This document shows positions 18,650-28,027 of a stretch of DNA of 64,000 nt, piece by piece. The stretch comes from Aneurinibacillus sp. (lineage in GTDB: Bacteria > Bacillota > UBA5301 > DYFA01). The DNA lies in the NCBI GenBank assembly GCA_020725425.1, contig DYFA01000008.1, positions 27,993 through 91,992 on the forward strand. Reading direction: 5' to 3'. The position numbers and the translations under genes are program-made. Position 1 is the first letter of the stretch. The number at the start of each line of letters is the position of its first letter. Below the pieces are notes generated by a model, which worked only from the letters and a program-made list of their open reading frames with translations, did no database searches and had not been told where the DNA came from.

Positions 18650-21124
18650 TCACCTCTTCGCCCCCGCCTGCCCCCACGCAGGCTGCGGGAAAATCATCTC
18701 TCGCCGGTTCAGGAGGAAGAGCAGCCCAGGGCGTCCCTCGGGGATCACGATCTCCCGCAGCATCCGGGCGTAGCTCAGCCCCATCGCCTGGCCCGCCTCG
18801 AGTTCCCCCACATCGATCGGGGCCAGCCGCCCGGCGAGCGCCGCGGTGAGGAGGCCCAGGGCTGCCCCGAGCGCTGCCACCGCCGGCCAGCCGATAAAGG
18901 GCAGCCCGGCGCCGGAGAGGGCGAAGACCGCCGAGAGTAGGGTGGCTCCGATCCCGGCACCGTAAACCGCGGCTGCGCCGGCCGTCCACCAACGCGGCAG
19001 GCGGCGCGACTTCCATCCCGTGCGCAGGGCCGAGATGATCAGGGCGTGGTCCAGCATCAGGACGGCCGCCACCAGGGCCACCGCCATCAAGCCCGCCACG
19101 GTGGTGCGGACCTTCCCCAGCACCTGGAAGAGCAGGCCCCGCAGGTCGGGCTTGAGGGACCCGGCGGGCGAGACGGCGGTCGAAACCTTCTCCCCGGCGG
19201 CCGCCCGCACTTCAGCCGACACCTGTTTCGCCGGGAAGCCCGCCGGCACGAGGATCTGCAAGCGTTCGCCCGGGATGACCTCTCCGCCGATGTAGCGGTC
19301 GATCAGCCGTACCGACCGGCCGAGTTCCTCATCCTTCAGGTCAGGCAGCGAGTCGCGCACATAGCGCATCTGCCGGCCGACGGAGTCCACGTCGATCTGG
19401 GCGATCCCCTCCAGGCGGCGGGAGATCTCCTCCAGGTCGGCTTTGAGTTTCGGCACGTCGATCGCCTGCATCGCCGTCAGGGTGCTGCCGGTAGCCTTGC
19501 TCAAGTCGCCGAGGAAGTCTTTCACACCCCCGGCGTTCTGCGCCAGAAGGCCGAAGTTGCCCACCTGCAACGCCAGCGACTGAGCCTGGGCCCGCCATTT
19601 GAGCAGGAGTGCCGTCACCGGGTTGATCTTCCCGATTATCTGGGACAACAAGTCCGTCTGCGGCAGCCCCGGCCCGGCGGCCTCGGCGGCCAGGTCCATG
19701 GCGGCCTTCGCCTCCGCCACCCCGCTCATCTTCCCGAGGAGGTCGTCGATCCCGGCCACCGTCCGGTTCAGTACGAGTACGATCTCGTCCGTCCGGACCT
19801 TGCCCAGGCCGTCCAGCGGGCCCGAAAGACCCCGGTGCGCCGCCTCCAGGGTGGACTGCGCCTTGGCGAGCCGGTCCAGGGTCTCTTGGTAGGAGTCGAG
19901 GGTGAGCTGCACCCGGGCCGCCGTCCTATCCGCGTGCTTGGCCAGAAGCTGGAGTTGGTTCAGGAGCCTCAGGCTTTCGTCCACCGTCGCCATCAGGGCG
20001 TAGCGCTGGTTGTGGATGGTCGCTGTCCCCACCGGCGCCCCCACCTTGTCGCCGGGCTTGACCCGGAAGGCCCGCCCGGCCGGGAACACCCCCTCCGCCG
20101 AAGACTGCCCAGGTGGCGCCGTGTCGCCCTGTACCGCCACGCCATGGGCCAGGCGCCCTTCCACGCCGGTGATCATCACCCGGAGGCTCCCCGGCCCAAG
20201 CTTGCTGCCGGGCGGCGGTATCCGCTGGCCCACCACCACTTCGTCGCCGCGCTGCAGGTTGACCCCGGGATCCATTTTCACCACGATGTCCGAGGCGTAA
20301 CTCAACAGGAACCGCCGCATCTCGGTCAGCGACGCCAGGAAGGACTGGGAATCATCCGCCCGGCTGCTGCGGGTCACGTCCTGCGCCTTATTCCCGGCTT
20401 CTCCGCCGAACTTGCGGTTCAGCGCCTCCGCCACCTGTTCCCCCGCCTGGCGCAGGTCCGGCACCCTGTAACCCATGGGGAAGCGCACCTCGACCAGCCG
20501 GTACTGCCCGAGCAGCGCCTTCACACTCCGCTCGACCTCCTCCGGCTTGTGGTTCCGCTCCACCGCCACCACCAGATCCCGGCCGTCGGCGAAGGCGACG
20601 GCCACCCCGGGCAGCCGCTCGAACCGCTCGAGGAAGAACCGGACCGCTCCGGATGCCACGCCGTGGATGACGATACTCGGCTCGACCAGCGTGGTATGGC
20701 CCGAGTAACCCGGGATGCTGCTGAAGGCGGAGTCGATGTTCTCCATTACGCTCCGGGTGCGCAGGTCCGGTGGCAGGGCCAGGAAAAAGTTGGTCTGGCC
20801 GGCGACGGTCAGCCCCGGCTTGAGCCGGGCCCCCGGAAAAGCCTTCGGCAGGTAAGCCGCGAGCTGCCGCTCCGCCCGCGCCTTGGCGTCGGCCCGCACG
20901 TGCAGCATGAAGTCGTACTCGCCGACCCCACCGATCAGGCCGGAGACCGTCCGGCCGAAATAGGCGTTCACCGCCCAGGCGGCGGCCGCCGACAAGAAGG
21001 AGAGCAGGGCCACTGTGACCAGGAGCAGCCGCCCGAGGTCCCGCAGAAACCCGTCCTGCAACGGCGCCAAGCCTTCAGTCAGCCAGGTGCGCAAGGTCGT
21101 CCTCCTCCATTGCCTGCGCACCAT
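18650..21124 (-). CDS. FtsX/MacB-topology (type VII ABC) permease with a ~600-aa periplasmic coiled-coil domain
   Basis: 824 aa with TM1 near the N-terminus (LGRLLLVTVALLSFLSAAAAWAV), about 600 aa without TM segments but rich in heptad-like stretches, then three C-terminal TMs separated by a short cytoplasmic loop (RTGWKSRRLPRWW) and a short outer loop. It lies 4 nt upstream of the FtsE-like ATPase. Confidence 0.6.
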   Translation of the reverse strand: MVRRQWRRTTLRTWLTEGLAPLQDGFLRDLGRLLLVTVALLSFLSAAAAWAVNAYFGRTVSGLIGGVGEYDFMLHVRADAKARAERQLAAYLPKAFPGARLKPGLTVAGQTNFFLALPPDLRTRSVMENIDSAFSSIPGYSGHTTLVEPSIVIHGVASGAVRFFLERFERLPGVAVAFADGRDLVVAVERNHKPEEVERSVKALLGQYRLVEVRFPMGYRVPDLRQAGEQVAEALNRKFGGEAGNKAQDVTRSSRADDSQSFLASLTEMRRFLLSYASDIVVKMDPGVNLQRGDEVVVGQRIPPPGSKLGPGSLRVMITGVEGRLAHGVAVQGDTAPPGQSSAEGVFPAGRAFRVKPGDKVGAPVGTATIHNQRYALMATVDESLRLLNQLQLLAKHADRTAARVQLTLDSYQETLDRLAKAQSTLEAAHRGLSGPLDGLGKVRTDEIVLVLNRTVAGIDDLLGKMSGVAEAKAAMDLAAEAAGPGLPQTDLLSQIIGKINPVTALLLKWRAQAQSLALQVGNFGLLAQNAGGVKDFLGDLSKATGSTLTAMQAIDVPKLKADLEEISRRLEGIAQIDVDSVGRQMRYVRDSLPDLKDEELGRSVRLIDRYIGGEVIPGERLQILVPAGFPAKQVSAEVRAAAGEKVSTAVSPAGSLKPDLRGLLFQVLGKVRTTVAGLMAVALVAAVLMLDHALIISALRTGWKSRRLPRWWTAGAAAVYGAGIGATLLSAVFALSGAGLPFIGWPAVAALGAALGLLTAALAGRLAPIDVGELEAGQAMGLSYARMLREIVIPEGRPGLLFLLNRREMIFPQPAWGQAGAKR

Positions 21125-21194
21125 TATAGCATTTGCCGGGCCTCGTCCGGTCCGGCAAATGGCGTGGAGAAAGCCAAACCCTTCCTGTTTCCGG

Positions 21195-21821
21195 CTACAG
21201 GCGGAAGTTCGCCTCCACGGGACCCTCCACCTCCACCACGTTCTTGTCCAGGTCGATGCGGATCGTCTCGCCCCGGATGGTCTTGTCGTCCTCCTCCTGG
21301 ATCACGACCTCGCCGGTCAGGATCAAGAGGGACTCGCGGTCGCGGTACTCCACGGTTCTGGCCGTGGCCGTCCGCTGCTTCTCCCTGAGGCTGACGTTCC
21401 CGGTGGCGATGAGCGACCGGTTCTTGGCCTCGTATTCCAGCCGGTCGGCTGTGAGGACCAGCTTGTCGCCTTTCTCCGGATCCTTGTCCTTCTTGACCAG
21501 CGTGACGTCGGTGTCCAGGAGGTATTTCTCCTCGTCGAACCAGGCGGAGAACCTGTCGCCCCACAGAGTGAGATCCTCCTGGGCCAGCCGGGCCCCTCCG
21601 TTCAGGACGGCGAACTTCTTCTTGGTGTCATAGACGATCTCGCCCGCCCACAACCTGACCTCACCCTGGACCAGCTCGATTGTCCCCTTGATGGTCACCA
21701 GGTCTTTCTCCAGCTTGAAGGCGCGGTTCTCCTTGACGGAGATGCGCAACTCCGCCGCCAGCCCTACTCCCGTCAGGGCCAGGGCGATGGCCAGAGCCAG
21801 CACCGCCCTCTGCGTTCTCAC
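21195..21821 (-). CDS. Second LptA/OstA-N-domain periplasmic protein
   Basis: Signal peptide, then repeated β-strand motifs (TIKGTIELVQGEVRLWAGEIVYD..., LTGEVVIQEED...) typical of the OstA-N jellyroll. 208 aa. Confidence 0.65.
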   Translation of the reverse strand: MRTQRAVLALAIALALTGVGLAAELRISVKENRAFKLEKDLVTIKGTIELVQGEVRLWAGEIVYDTKKKFAVLNGGARLAQEDLTLWGDRFSAWFDEEKYLLDTDVTLVKKDKDPEKGDKLVLTADRLEYEAKNRSLIATGNVSLREKQRTATARTVEYRDRESLLILTGEVVIQEEDDKTIRGETIRIDLDKNVVEVEGPVEANFRL

Positions 21822-22582
21822 TCCCGCTCCCTCCCCTCTGCCGGCCTCTCTCCCCCGCCGCCGAGCCCCGGCGCCACGAACGGCTCGCTTCGGCCGGTGC
21901 GGATGCTCAACTCCGCTGTCCCCCGGATCTCCCAGCTCCCGTCAGCCAGCGAGTAAATGATCGCCTCGCCGGTCAGGCGTTCCCCGTTCTCCCCCACCAG
22001 CACCACTCCACCAGAGGCGGTCAACGACTCCGCCTCCACCTCCACTGCCAGCCGGTCCGCCCGGAACCAGGCCCCTTCGATCTTGGCCTCCACCGGCTGG
22101 GCGCTCGTCACCTGCCCGGTCAAAGTGTCCCACTGCAGTTCCCGGGCGCGCAGCAGGTCTCCGTTCTCCCGGGAGACGACGATGTTCCCATATAGGGAAA
22201 AACTGCCCCGTTCCGGGTAATACACGCCCCTGTCGGCCACGACGTAGAGGTACGGCCGGCCCTCCCGGTACACCGCCCCCCGCCGCACGAGGTAGAAGTC
22301 CACCTGTCGGCTGTCCCGGGAGGTCCTGACCGTCGCCACCTGGAGTTCCCACTCCTTCCGCCCTTGATTCCGCCCGACCAGGCGGATATCGCGGAAGTGG
22401 AAGCCTGGTTGCTCGTGCCCGGCGCCGGCCGGGCGGCTCTCGCCCACCGGAGCCTCCGGCGTCCGGCCGAGCAGCACCAGCGCCGCCACCGCCAGGAAGA
22501 CCGCGGCCCCCCCGAGCCAGGGGGAGGACAAGGCCTTCCGGAGCCGTCCGGCGCCGGCCGCTCTCTCCATCCCCGCAACCAT
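21818..22582 (-). CDS. Second LptC-like membrane-anchored protein
   Basis: Start refined to the ATG at 22580-22582 (MVAGMERAAG...). Single TM (WLGGAAVFLAVAALVLLG) plus a β-rich domain. TGATG stop/start overlap with lptD. Confidence 0.55.
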   Translation of the reverse strand: MVAGMERAAGAGRLRKALSSPWLGGAAVFLAVAALVLLGRTPEAPVGESRPAGAGHEQPGFHFRDIRLVGRNQGRKEWELQVATVRTSRDSRQVDFYLVRRGAVYREGRPYLYVVADRGVYYPERGSFSLYGNIVVSRENGDLLRARELQWDTLTGQVTSAQPVEAKIEGAWFRADRLAVEVEAESLTASGGVVLVGENGERLTGEAIIYSLADGSWEIRGTAELSIRTGRSEPFVAPGLGGGGERPAEGRERE

Positions 22583-24879
22583 CAGCGAGGCACCCCCGGC
22601 GTAGCGCTCTCCGGGCTCAAGAGGCCGCCCAGGGACTGCGTGTCGAACAGGAGCCTCTCCCCCGCGCCCAGCCGGAAGAGCTGGGACGGCAGGGCCTTGA
22701 TCCGCCACTCCAACCATACTTCTCTCCGCGGCTCGTCGTAGCTCAGGCGCAACTCACGGCAGTGGAGGTCCCGCACCAACGCCACCTCGCCGCGGAGCAA
22801 CCGGTTGGACCAGCCGTCGTAACTCAGGGTCACCTCGGCCCGCCACAAGTCACCCAGGGGTGTCGCCGCCTGGGCGTCAAGGCGTTCCACGCGGGAGGTG
22901 CCCAGGTTCACGGCCGCCCCCAGCTTGACGAATTTGGTCTCGCTCGCCTGATAGGAATAGATGCCGGAGAGGCGCCGCCAAGTGCCGGTATTCGGGTCGT
23001 AGCTCACCATACCGCTCGCCGACAGGCGGGGCCGGCTGATCGCCAGGCGTCCGACCAGGTCCTGGTATTGGCCGGTCAGGAGGTTGTAGCCCGTGCCGAA
23101 GTCGGCGGTAAGTCCCGCCGCCACGTAGTTCACGTTGCCGGTGACGCTCTGCGCCGGACTGATACCGGTAGAGGCGAAGGGGTTGACCCCCAGGCGGTCC
23201 TGCCAGTTGTAGCGGAGGGTGGTCGAGAGCCGGGGCAGGGGCCGGTAAGTCAGCCCCGCCCCGGTGGTCGCACCCAGGGTGTAGTCCCCGTTCTGGTAGT
23301 AGGTGGCGGTGCTGGAGCCGTTGAGAGTGGCCGTGAGCCGGGAGGCCAGAGGGTAGGACAAGCCGGTCAGCCGGCCGGTGAGGCTTCCCATCGAGAGAGC
23401 GCGGCCGTCGGGGTAATAGATTGAGGACTCCTCGTAGCGCGAGAGAGTGGCCGTGAAAAACAGCGGCAGCGGCTTGCCCCGGTGGGTGAGCGTCCGGGTC
23501 TCGAGCGCCAGTTCCGGAAAGCGGGTGTAGCGGTTCCAGGGCGGCGGCGTCTCCCCTTCCACCACCGGCGGGGGGGTGAACTGCTGCTGGGCGGAGAGGC
23601 GGACAGTGAAGTCCGGAAAGGCGCGGGCAATCTGGGTCTGATAGCCAAGGTTGTCGTAGGGCGTCTTGTCGATCTGGTGGAACCGGGTGGCGCTGGCGGC
23701 GAACCGCCAGTCCCAGTCATTGGGCAGCCGTTGGGCCGTGTTGAAGCTCAGGCGGATGTTCCGCAGGTCGAGCTGGGAGGTGCCCGCCCCGCCGTCCGGG
23801 GGGAGAGTCTCAGTCACCGTCAGCCGGTAACTGGCGCTCAGGTCGGTCAGACCGGCGGGGGACTGCTGGGTCAGTTGCAGGTACGTGCCGGCTGCCTCTT
23901 GCTTCTGGAGACTTGAGAGGTACTTCTCCTCGTGGCTTCCGCGCAGAGTCCCCTTCCAGGCCGGGCCGAACTGCTGCCGGTGGTCCACCCCCCAGAATAC
24001 CTCCTCGTCGTTCCGGTCCCGGTACCCCTTGAGGTAGAGATACCACCACCCCGCTGCGTCCCAGGGCCTGTCTCCGGCGAGGTAGTTGTGCTTGAGCCCG
24101 AGGCCGAGGCCCTTCTTCTGGTACCAGTCCAGGAAGTACGCCCCGTAGGCCGCCGGGTTGCGGTAGTAGTTGTAGGTGGTCTTGACGAACCAGCCGTCGG
24201 TCTGCGAGTAACCGAGGCGCGGCAGCTCGAACTGGTTCTCCTTCTTGAGCGGGACGATCAGGTAGGGCAGGGTAAAGAGCCGGGTCCGCCCCTCGAAATA
24301 GGAGACCTGGCGGGCCTCCAGGCGGTCGTCCAGGTACACGGTGATCTCCCTGGCCTCCAGATGGTAGTGGGGTTGCGCCAGGTTGCAGGTGGTGAGGTTG
24401 GAATCGACCAGCCGCAGCATGGACTTGCTGCTCTCCATGAAACTCCCCACGACCAGCAGGTCATCCTTGAGGTCCTTCCCCTGGTAGGTGGTGGTGACGT
24501 CGAGAAAGGTCCCCGCCTCCTGCTTCAGGTCGTAGACGACCGACCTGGCCTCCAGCCGGTCGCTGCCCTTGCGGTAGCGCACATGTCCCTCCGCCCGGAC
24601 CACGTCGTATTCCAGATCCACCCGCAGGGTGTCCGCCTCCAGGGTGAGGTCACGGTAGGTCAGCCGGACATTCCCCTCAGCCACGAGGAGCTGGGCGTCG
24701 GCTTCGAAGCGCAACCCCTTCTCCGCCACCAGGTGAACGGCGTCCGGATCGGGCGCGGCCCGGGCGGTGAGGCGGCTGCCGAGCACGAGGGCGGTCACCA
24801 GCACGAGATAACCGAGGGTGGTGCGGTGCCTGCCTCCCATCCCGCTCGACCTGCTCCGGGTCACTGCAGCCATCGTCAC
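22582..24879 (-). CDS. lptD: LPS-assembly outer-membrane protein
   Basis: 765 aa with signal peptide. N-terminal OstA-like region (LVAEGNVRLTYRDLTLEADTLRVDLEYDVVRAEGHV), a large β-barrel region rich in Y/W/G, and an aromatic-rich C-terminus. Confidence 0.8.
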   Translation of the reverse strand: MTMAAVTRSRSSGMGGRHRTTLGYLVLVTALVLGSRLTARAAPDPDAVHLVAEKGLRFEADAQLLVAEGNVRLTYRDLTLEADTLRVDLEYDVVRAEGHVRYRKGSDRLEARSVVYDLKQEAGTFLDVTTTYQGKDLKDDLLVVGSFMESSKSMLRLVDSNLTTCNLAQPHYHLEAREITVYLDDRLEARQVSYFEGRTRLFTLPYLIVPLKKENQFELPRLGYSQTDGWFVKTTYNYYRNPAAYGAYFLDWYQKKGLGLGLKHNYLAGDRPWDAAGWWYLYLKGYRDRNDEEVFWGVDHRQQFGPAWKGTLRGSHEEKYLSSLQKQEAAGTYLQLTQQSPAGLTDLSASYRLTVTETLPPDGGAGTSQLDLRNIRLSFNTAQRLPNDWDWRFAASATRFHQIDKTPYDNLGYQTQIARAFPDFTVRLSAQQQFTPPPVVEGETPPPWNRYTRFPELALETRTLTHRGKPLPLFFTATLSRYEESSIYYPDGRALSMGSLTGRLTGLSYPLASRLTATLNGSSTATYYQNGDYTLGATTGAGLTYRPLPRLSTTLRYNWQDRLGVNPFASTGISPAQSVTGNVNYVAAGLTADFGTGYNLLTGQYQDLVGRLAISRPRLSASGMVSYDPNTGTWRRLSGIYSYQASETKFVKLGAAVNLGTSRVERLDAQAATPLGDLWRAEVTLSYDGWSNRLLRGEVALVRDLHCRELRLSYDEPRREVWLEWRIKALPSQLFRLGAGERLLFDTQSLGGLLSPESATPGVPR

Positions 24880-24909
24880 GTTCCGTTCCTGTCCGGTCGC
24901 CGGCGCCCC

Positions 24910-26037
24910 TCAGACCTGCTCCAGCCGGGTGACGAAGAAGAGCCCGAGGAGGGCGAAGGTCAGGCTGGGCAGCCAGGCGGCAGCGACTGGTGTCAGAAGG
25001 CCGTTAACCCCCAGAGACCGGCAGAGCGGTGTCAGGACGTAGTAGGTAAGCACCAGGGCCAGGGTCCCGCCGACTCCCGCGACATGTGCCGCGCGCGGCC
25101 GCCGCAACACCCAGAGCGCCAGCGGCAGGCCGAGCAAGGCGAAGAAGAGGCTGGCGAAGGGCAGGGCGAGCTTCAGGTGGTAGTCCACCAGGAACGGCCG
25201 GACATTCACGCCGCTCCGACCGAAGAGTGTGATGTTGGCCCGAAGTTCAGCCCGGCTCATCTCCTGCGTGGTCTTCTGCTCACCGAAGAACCGCTCCACC
25301 CCCTCATCCACCCGCAGGTCGAGGCTGGAGAAGCGGGCCTCCCTGGTCACGAAGCCGTCCCGGTCCAGCTCCCGGCTGATCCCGTTCTCCAGGTGCCAGA
25401 CACCTTCGGCGTGCCGGGCAAACCGGGCGGTGATCAGTTCCGGGTAAGGATTGACTCCTCTCTTGAACACCATCACGTCTTCCATGACCAGGTTGGCCCG
25501 ATCGAAGCGGCGGATGTAGAAGACGGTGTCGTCCTGGCCGCGGAAGAAGACGTTCTCGCGGATTTCCGGGGAGGAATCCTGGAAGACGAGGCGCCGGATG
25601 ATGTTCTCGGCCGCGTGGTTGGTCCGGGGGACCACTGTCTCATTCACGAAGTAGCTGCCCGCCGAGAGGAAAAGCGTCACCGCCAGGAGCGGAGCCATGA
25701 CCCGTCCCAGGCTGAGGCCGCTTCCGACCATGATTACCAGTTCCGAGTCGCGGGAGAGCCGGTGGAGGGCGAGCAGAGCGCCCGCCAGGACGGCCACCGG
25801 GACCACCTGCACCACCAGGCCGGGCAGCCGGTAACCGAGCAGGCGCAGGACTGTGCCGGCGGCGACTCGCTTCACGATCAGCCAGTCCGCGAGGGTGAAA
25901 AGCAGGTCGGAAAGGGCCAGAACGGTGACGGCTAGCAGGGCAAGGGCGAAGGAACTGAGAAACTCACGCAGGAGATATCGATCCAGCAGGAGGACCGAGA
26001 GCGTCTTAGGCGCGGCGGACTTCTCCCGCTTCACCAC
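24910..26037 (-). CDS. lptG: LPS export ABC permease, LptF/LptG family (partner of 4591..5742)
   Basis: LLDRYLLREFLSSFALALLAVTVLALS... shows the YjgP/YjgQ topology. Confidence 0.85.
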   Translation of the reverse strand: MVKREKSAAPKTLSVLLLDRYLLREFLSSFALALLAVTVLALSDLLFTLADWLIVKRVAAGTVLRLLGYRLPGLVVQVVPVAVLAGALLALHRLSRDSELVIMVGSGLSLGRVMAPLLAVTLFLSAGSYFVNETVVPRTNHAAENIIRRLVFQDSSPEIRENVFFRGQDDTVFYIRRFDRANLVMEDVMVFKRGVNPYPELITARFARHAEGVWHLENGISRELDRDGFVTREARFSSLDLRVDEGVERFFGEQKTTQEMSRAELRANITLFGRSGVNVRPFLVDYHLKLALPFASLFFALLGLPLALWVLRRPRAAHVAGVGGTLALVLTYYVLTPLCRSLGVNGLLTPVAAAWLPSLTFALLGLFFVTRLEQV

Positions 26038-26867
26038 TGAACAGTCACGCCCAAGGCGCCGCCCGTCCGGGCGCCTGCACCGTTCGCGGTCAGATCGACC
26101 CGGTACTGTCCGAGCTCAGCGGTGACCCCGGCCGACCAGCCGGTCTCAGCGGCCGCCGTGACCGCGGCGTGATAGGACAGCCTCCCCCGGGTCAGGGTCG
26201 CCTCCGCCACCCAGCTCGACCCTTCCAGGGTGGCAGCGGCCACATCGCGCCCCTCCAGGGTCAGGCGGAGAGCGGGACTCACCTGGCGGCCGAGGGTGAG
26301 CTGGACGGTGGCTGGGATGACCGTAGATGAGCCTCCGTCGGACTTGAGGGTGGTATCGAAGGCGTCGCACACCGCTACCCCCGCCCAGGTCCGCTCCTCC
26401 GGCTGGTAGACCACCCCGAAGTCCAGGCCCAGGCCGCGCTCGGCCGGAGTCGGTCCCACCCCGTCCACCGTCAGTTGGTACTGCACCAGCCGGACCGTGG
26501 CACCGGCAGCCAGCCCCGGCCGCCACCTGCGGCCCCAGGTGTAGCCGAACGACTTCGTCTCTTCCACCCCGCCGCTGAACAAAAGCCGCGAGTCGGCCAC
26601 CACGACGGCCGCCGCGCCCGCCCCGTTGTCCGGAACGGCGTAACCGGCCACATAATTGAGTTCCAGGGGGTTCGGATCAAGAAAGGTGACGGACAGGTCG
26701 ACTCGCCCGCCGAGTCCGGGGTCGAGGAAGGCCACCATCGCCGGGTTGAGTCTGCGGGCCGCCGTCCATTCCGGGCCGCTCGCCGCAGCCGGAAGGGGAG
26801 CACTTCCCGCCCCCCAGACCAGCAGCACACCGCCCAGGAAAGCGACCGCCAGCCACCGCCCGCGCAT
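26031..26867 (-). CDS. Putative outer-membrane β-barrel protein (signal peptide, C-terminal ...GALGVTVQW)
   Basis: Start refined to the ATG at 26867 (MRGRWLAVAFLGGVLLVWGAGSA), with AGGGGGT 7 nt upstream. Alternating hydrophobic pattern and terminal Trp. 278 aa. The ORF-track N-terminus overlaps lpxD and was rejected. Confidence 0.5.
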   Translation of the reverse strand: MRGRWLAVAFLGGVLLVWGAGSAPLPAAASGPEWTAARRLNPAMVAFLDPGLGGRVDLSVTFLDPNPLELNYVAGYAVPDNGAGAAAVVVADSRLLFSGGVEETKSFGYTWGRRWRPGLAAGATVRLVQYQLTVDGVGPTPAERGLGLDFGVVYQPEERTWAGVAVCDAFDTTLKSDGGSSTVIPATVQLTLGRQVSPALRLTLEGRDVAAATLEGSSWVAEATLTRGRLSYHAAVTAAAETGWSAGVTAELGQYRVDLTANGAGARTGGALGVTVQW

Positions 26868-26923
26868 GATACTACCCCCTGCAACGACGTTGTCCACCGC
26901 GTTGCTTTTCGGCAGGGAGCGGG

Positions 26924-28027
26924 CTATTTCCTCCCTTGGGGGTTTTTCCCGGCCTGGAGCTGCCGGACGAGCTCCTCGAGCTGTGCGAGGCGCCGGCGCA
27001 ACTCCCGCACTTCCTTCAGGGTCTCGGGCAGACGGCGGGCAGCCGCCCGGGTGCGCAGCTCCTCGCTGTGCGGGCGGGCCGGGACCCCGGAGACGACCGA
27101 ACCCGGCGGGACGTCCGCCGCCACGACCGAGCAAGCCATGACCACGCTGCCGGCGCCAACGGTGAAGTGGCCGCCGATCCCCGACTTGCCCGCCATCGTG
27201 CACCGGTCCTCCAACCGCGAGGAGCCGGCCAGCGCCACCTGGGCCACGAGGAGGCAGTCCTCGCCGATTTGGGCGTTGTGTCCGACCTGCACCAGATTGT
27301 CGATCTTGGTCCCCCGGCCGATGCGGGTCTCGCCGCACGTCGCCCGGTCGACGGTGACGTTGGCCCCGATCTCGACGTCGTCCTCGACCACCACCGTGCC
27401 GATATGGGGCACCTTGCGGTGGCGGCCGCCGGTCGTCACGAAGCCGAAGCCGTCGCTGCCCAGCACCGCCCCGGGGTGGATCAGCACGTTCCGGCCGATC
27501 CGCACCCGCTCCCGCACCACGACGTTGGCATGGAGCACCGAGCCCTCTCCGATGACGCTGTCGGGGCCGACGTACACTCCCGGGTACAGGACCACCCGGT
27601 CGCCCAGGCGCACTCCCGCCTCGACCACCGCCCCCGCCCCGATCGAGACCTCGCGGCCCAGCGCCGCGCTGGGGTGAACCACGGCCTGCGGGTGGACACC
27701 GGGCGCCGGACGGTAGTCCGGGGCGAAGACTTCAAGGAGCGTCGCAAAGGCGAGACGGGGGTTGTCGACGAAAATGACCGCCCGGCCGGGTCCTCCTGCT
27801 TCCGACACCTGGTCCCGCACGGCGGCCGCGAGGATGAGCACCCCGGCCGGGCTGGCCACCGCCTCCGCTGAACGCCCCGGGTCGGCGAACGTCACGTCCG
27901 CCGGCCCCGCCTCATCCAGCCCGGCGATGCCCGTCACCGCCCTCACCGGGTCTCCCTGGAGTTCGCCGCCGACCAGGCACGCCAGTTCCTGGGCGGTCCA
28001 CACCTTCTCTTCGGCCACTGCCCTCAC
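26924..28027 (-). CDS. lpxD: UDP-3-O-acylglucosamine N-acyltransferase
   Basis: Long run of hexapeptide repeats ([45 protein letters not shown]...) and an LpxD-type N-terminus. Confidence 0.9.
   Translation of the reverse strand: MRAVAEEKVWTAQELACLVGGELQGDPVRAVTGIAGLDEAGPADVTFADPGRSAEAVASPAGVLILAAAVRDQVSEAGGPGRAVIFVDNPRLAFATLLEVFAPDYRPAPGVHPQAVVHPSAALGREVSIGAGAVVEAGVRLGDRVVLYPGVYVGPDSVIGEGSVLHANVVVRERVRIGRNVLIHPGAVLGSDGFGFVTTGGRHRKVPHIGTVVVEDDVEIGANVTVDRATCGETRIGRGTKIDNLVQVGHNAQIGEDCLLVAQVALAGSSRLEDRCTMAGKSGIGGHFTVGAGSVVMACSVVAADVPPGSVVSGVPARPHSEELRTRAAARRLPETLKEVRELRRRLAQLEELVRQLQAGKNPQGRK

Noticed and set aside
18650-21124. Amino-acid-type (HisM/GlnP-like) ABC permease call for the 824-aa protein, based on the EAA-like stretch ELEAGQAMGLSYARMLREIV
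   Set aside because: The protein has only 4 TMs with the FtsX/MacB arrangement, and the motif lies after the last strong TM. The partner ATPase has the FtsE/LolD-type signature. Kept as an alternative to be settled by HMM search.
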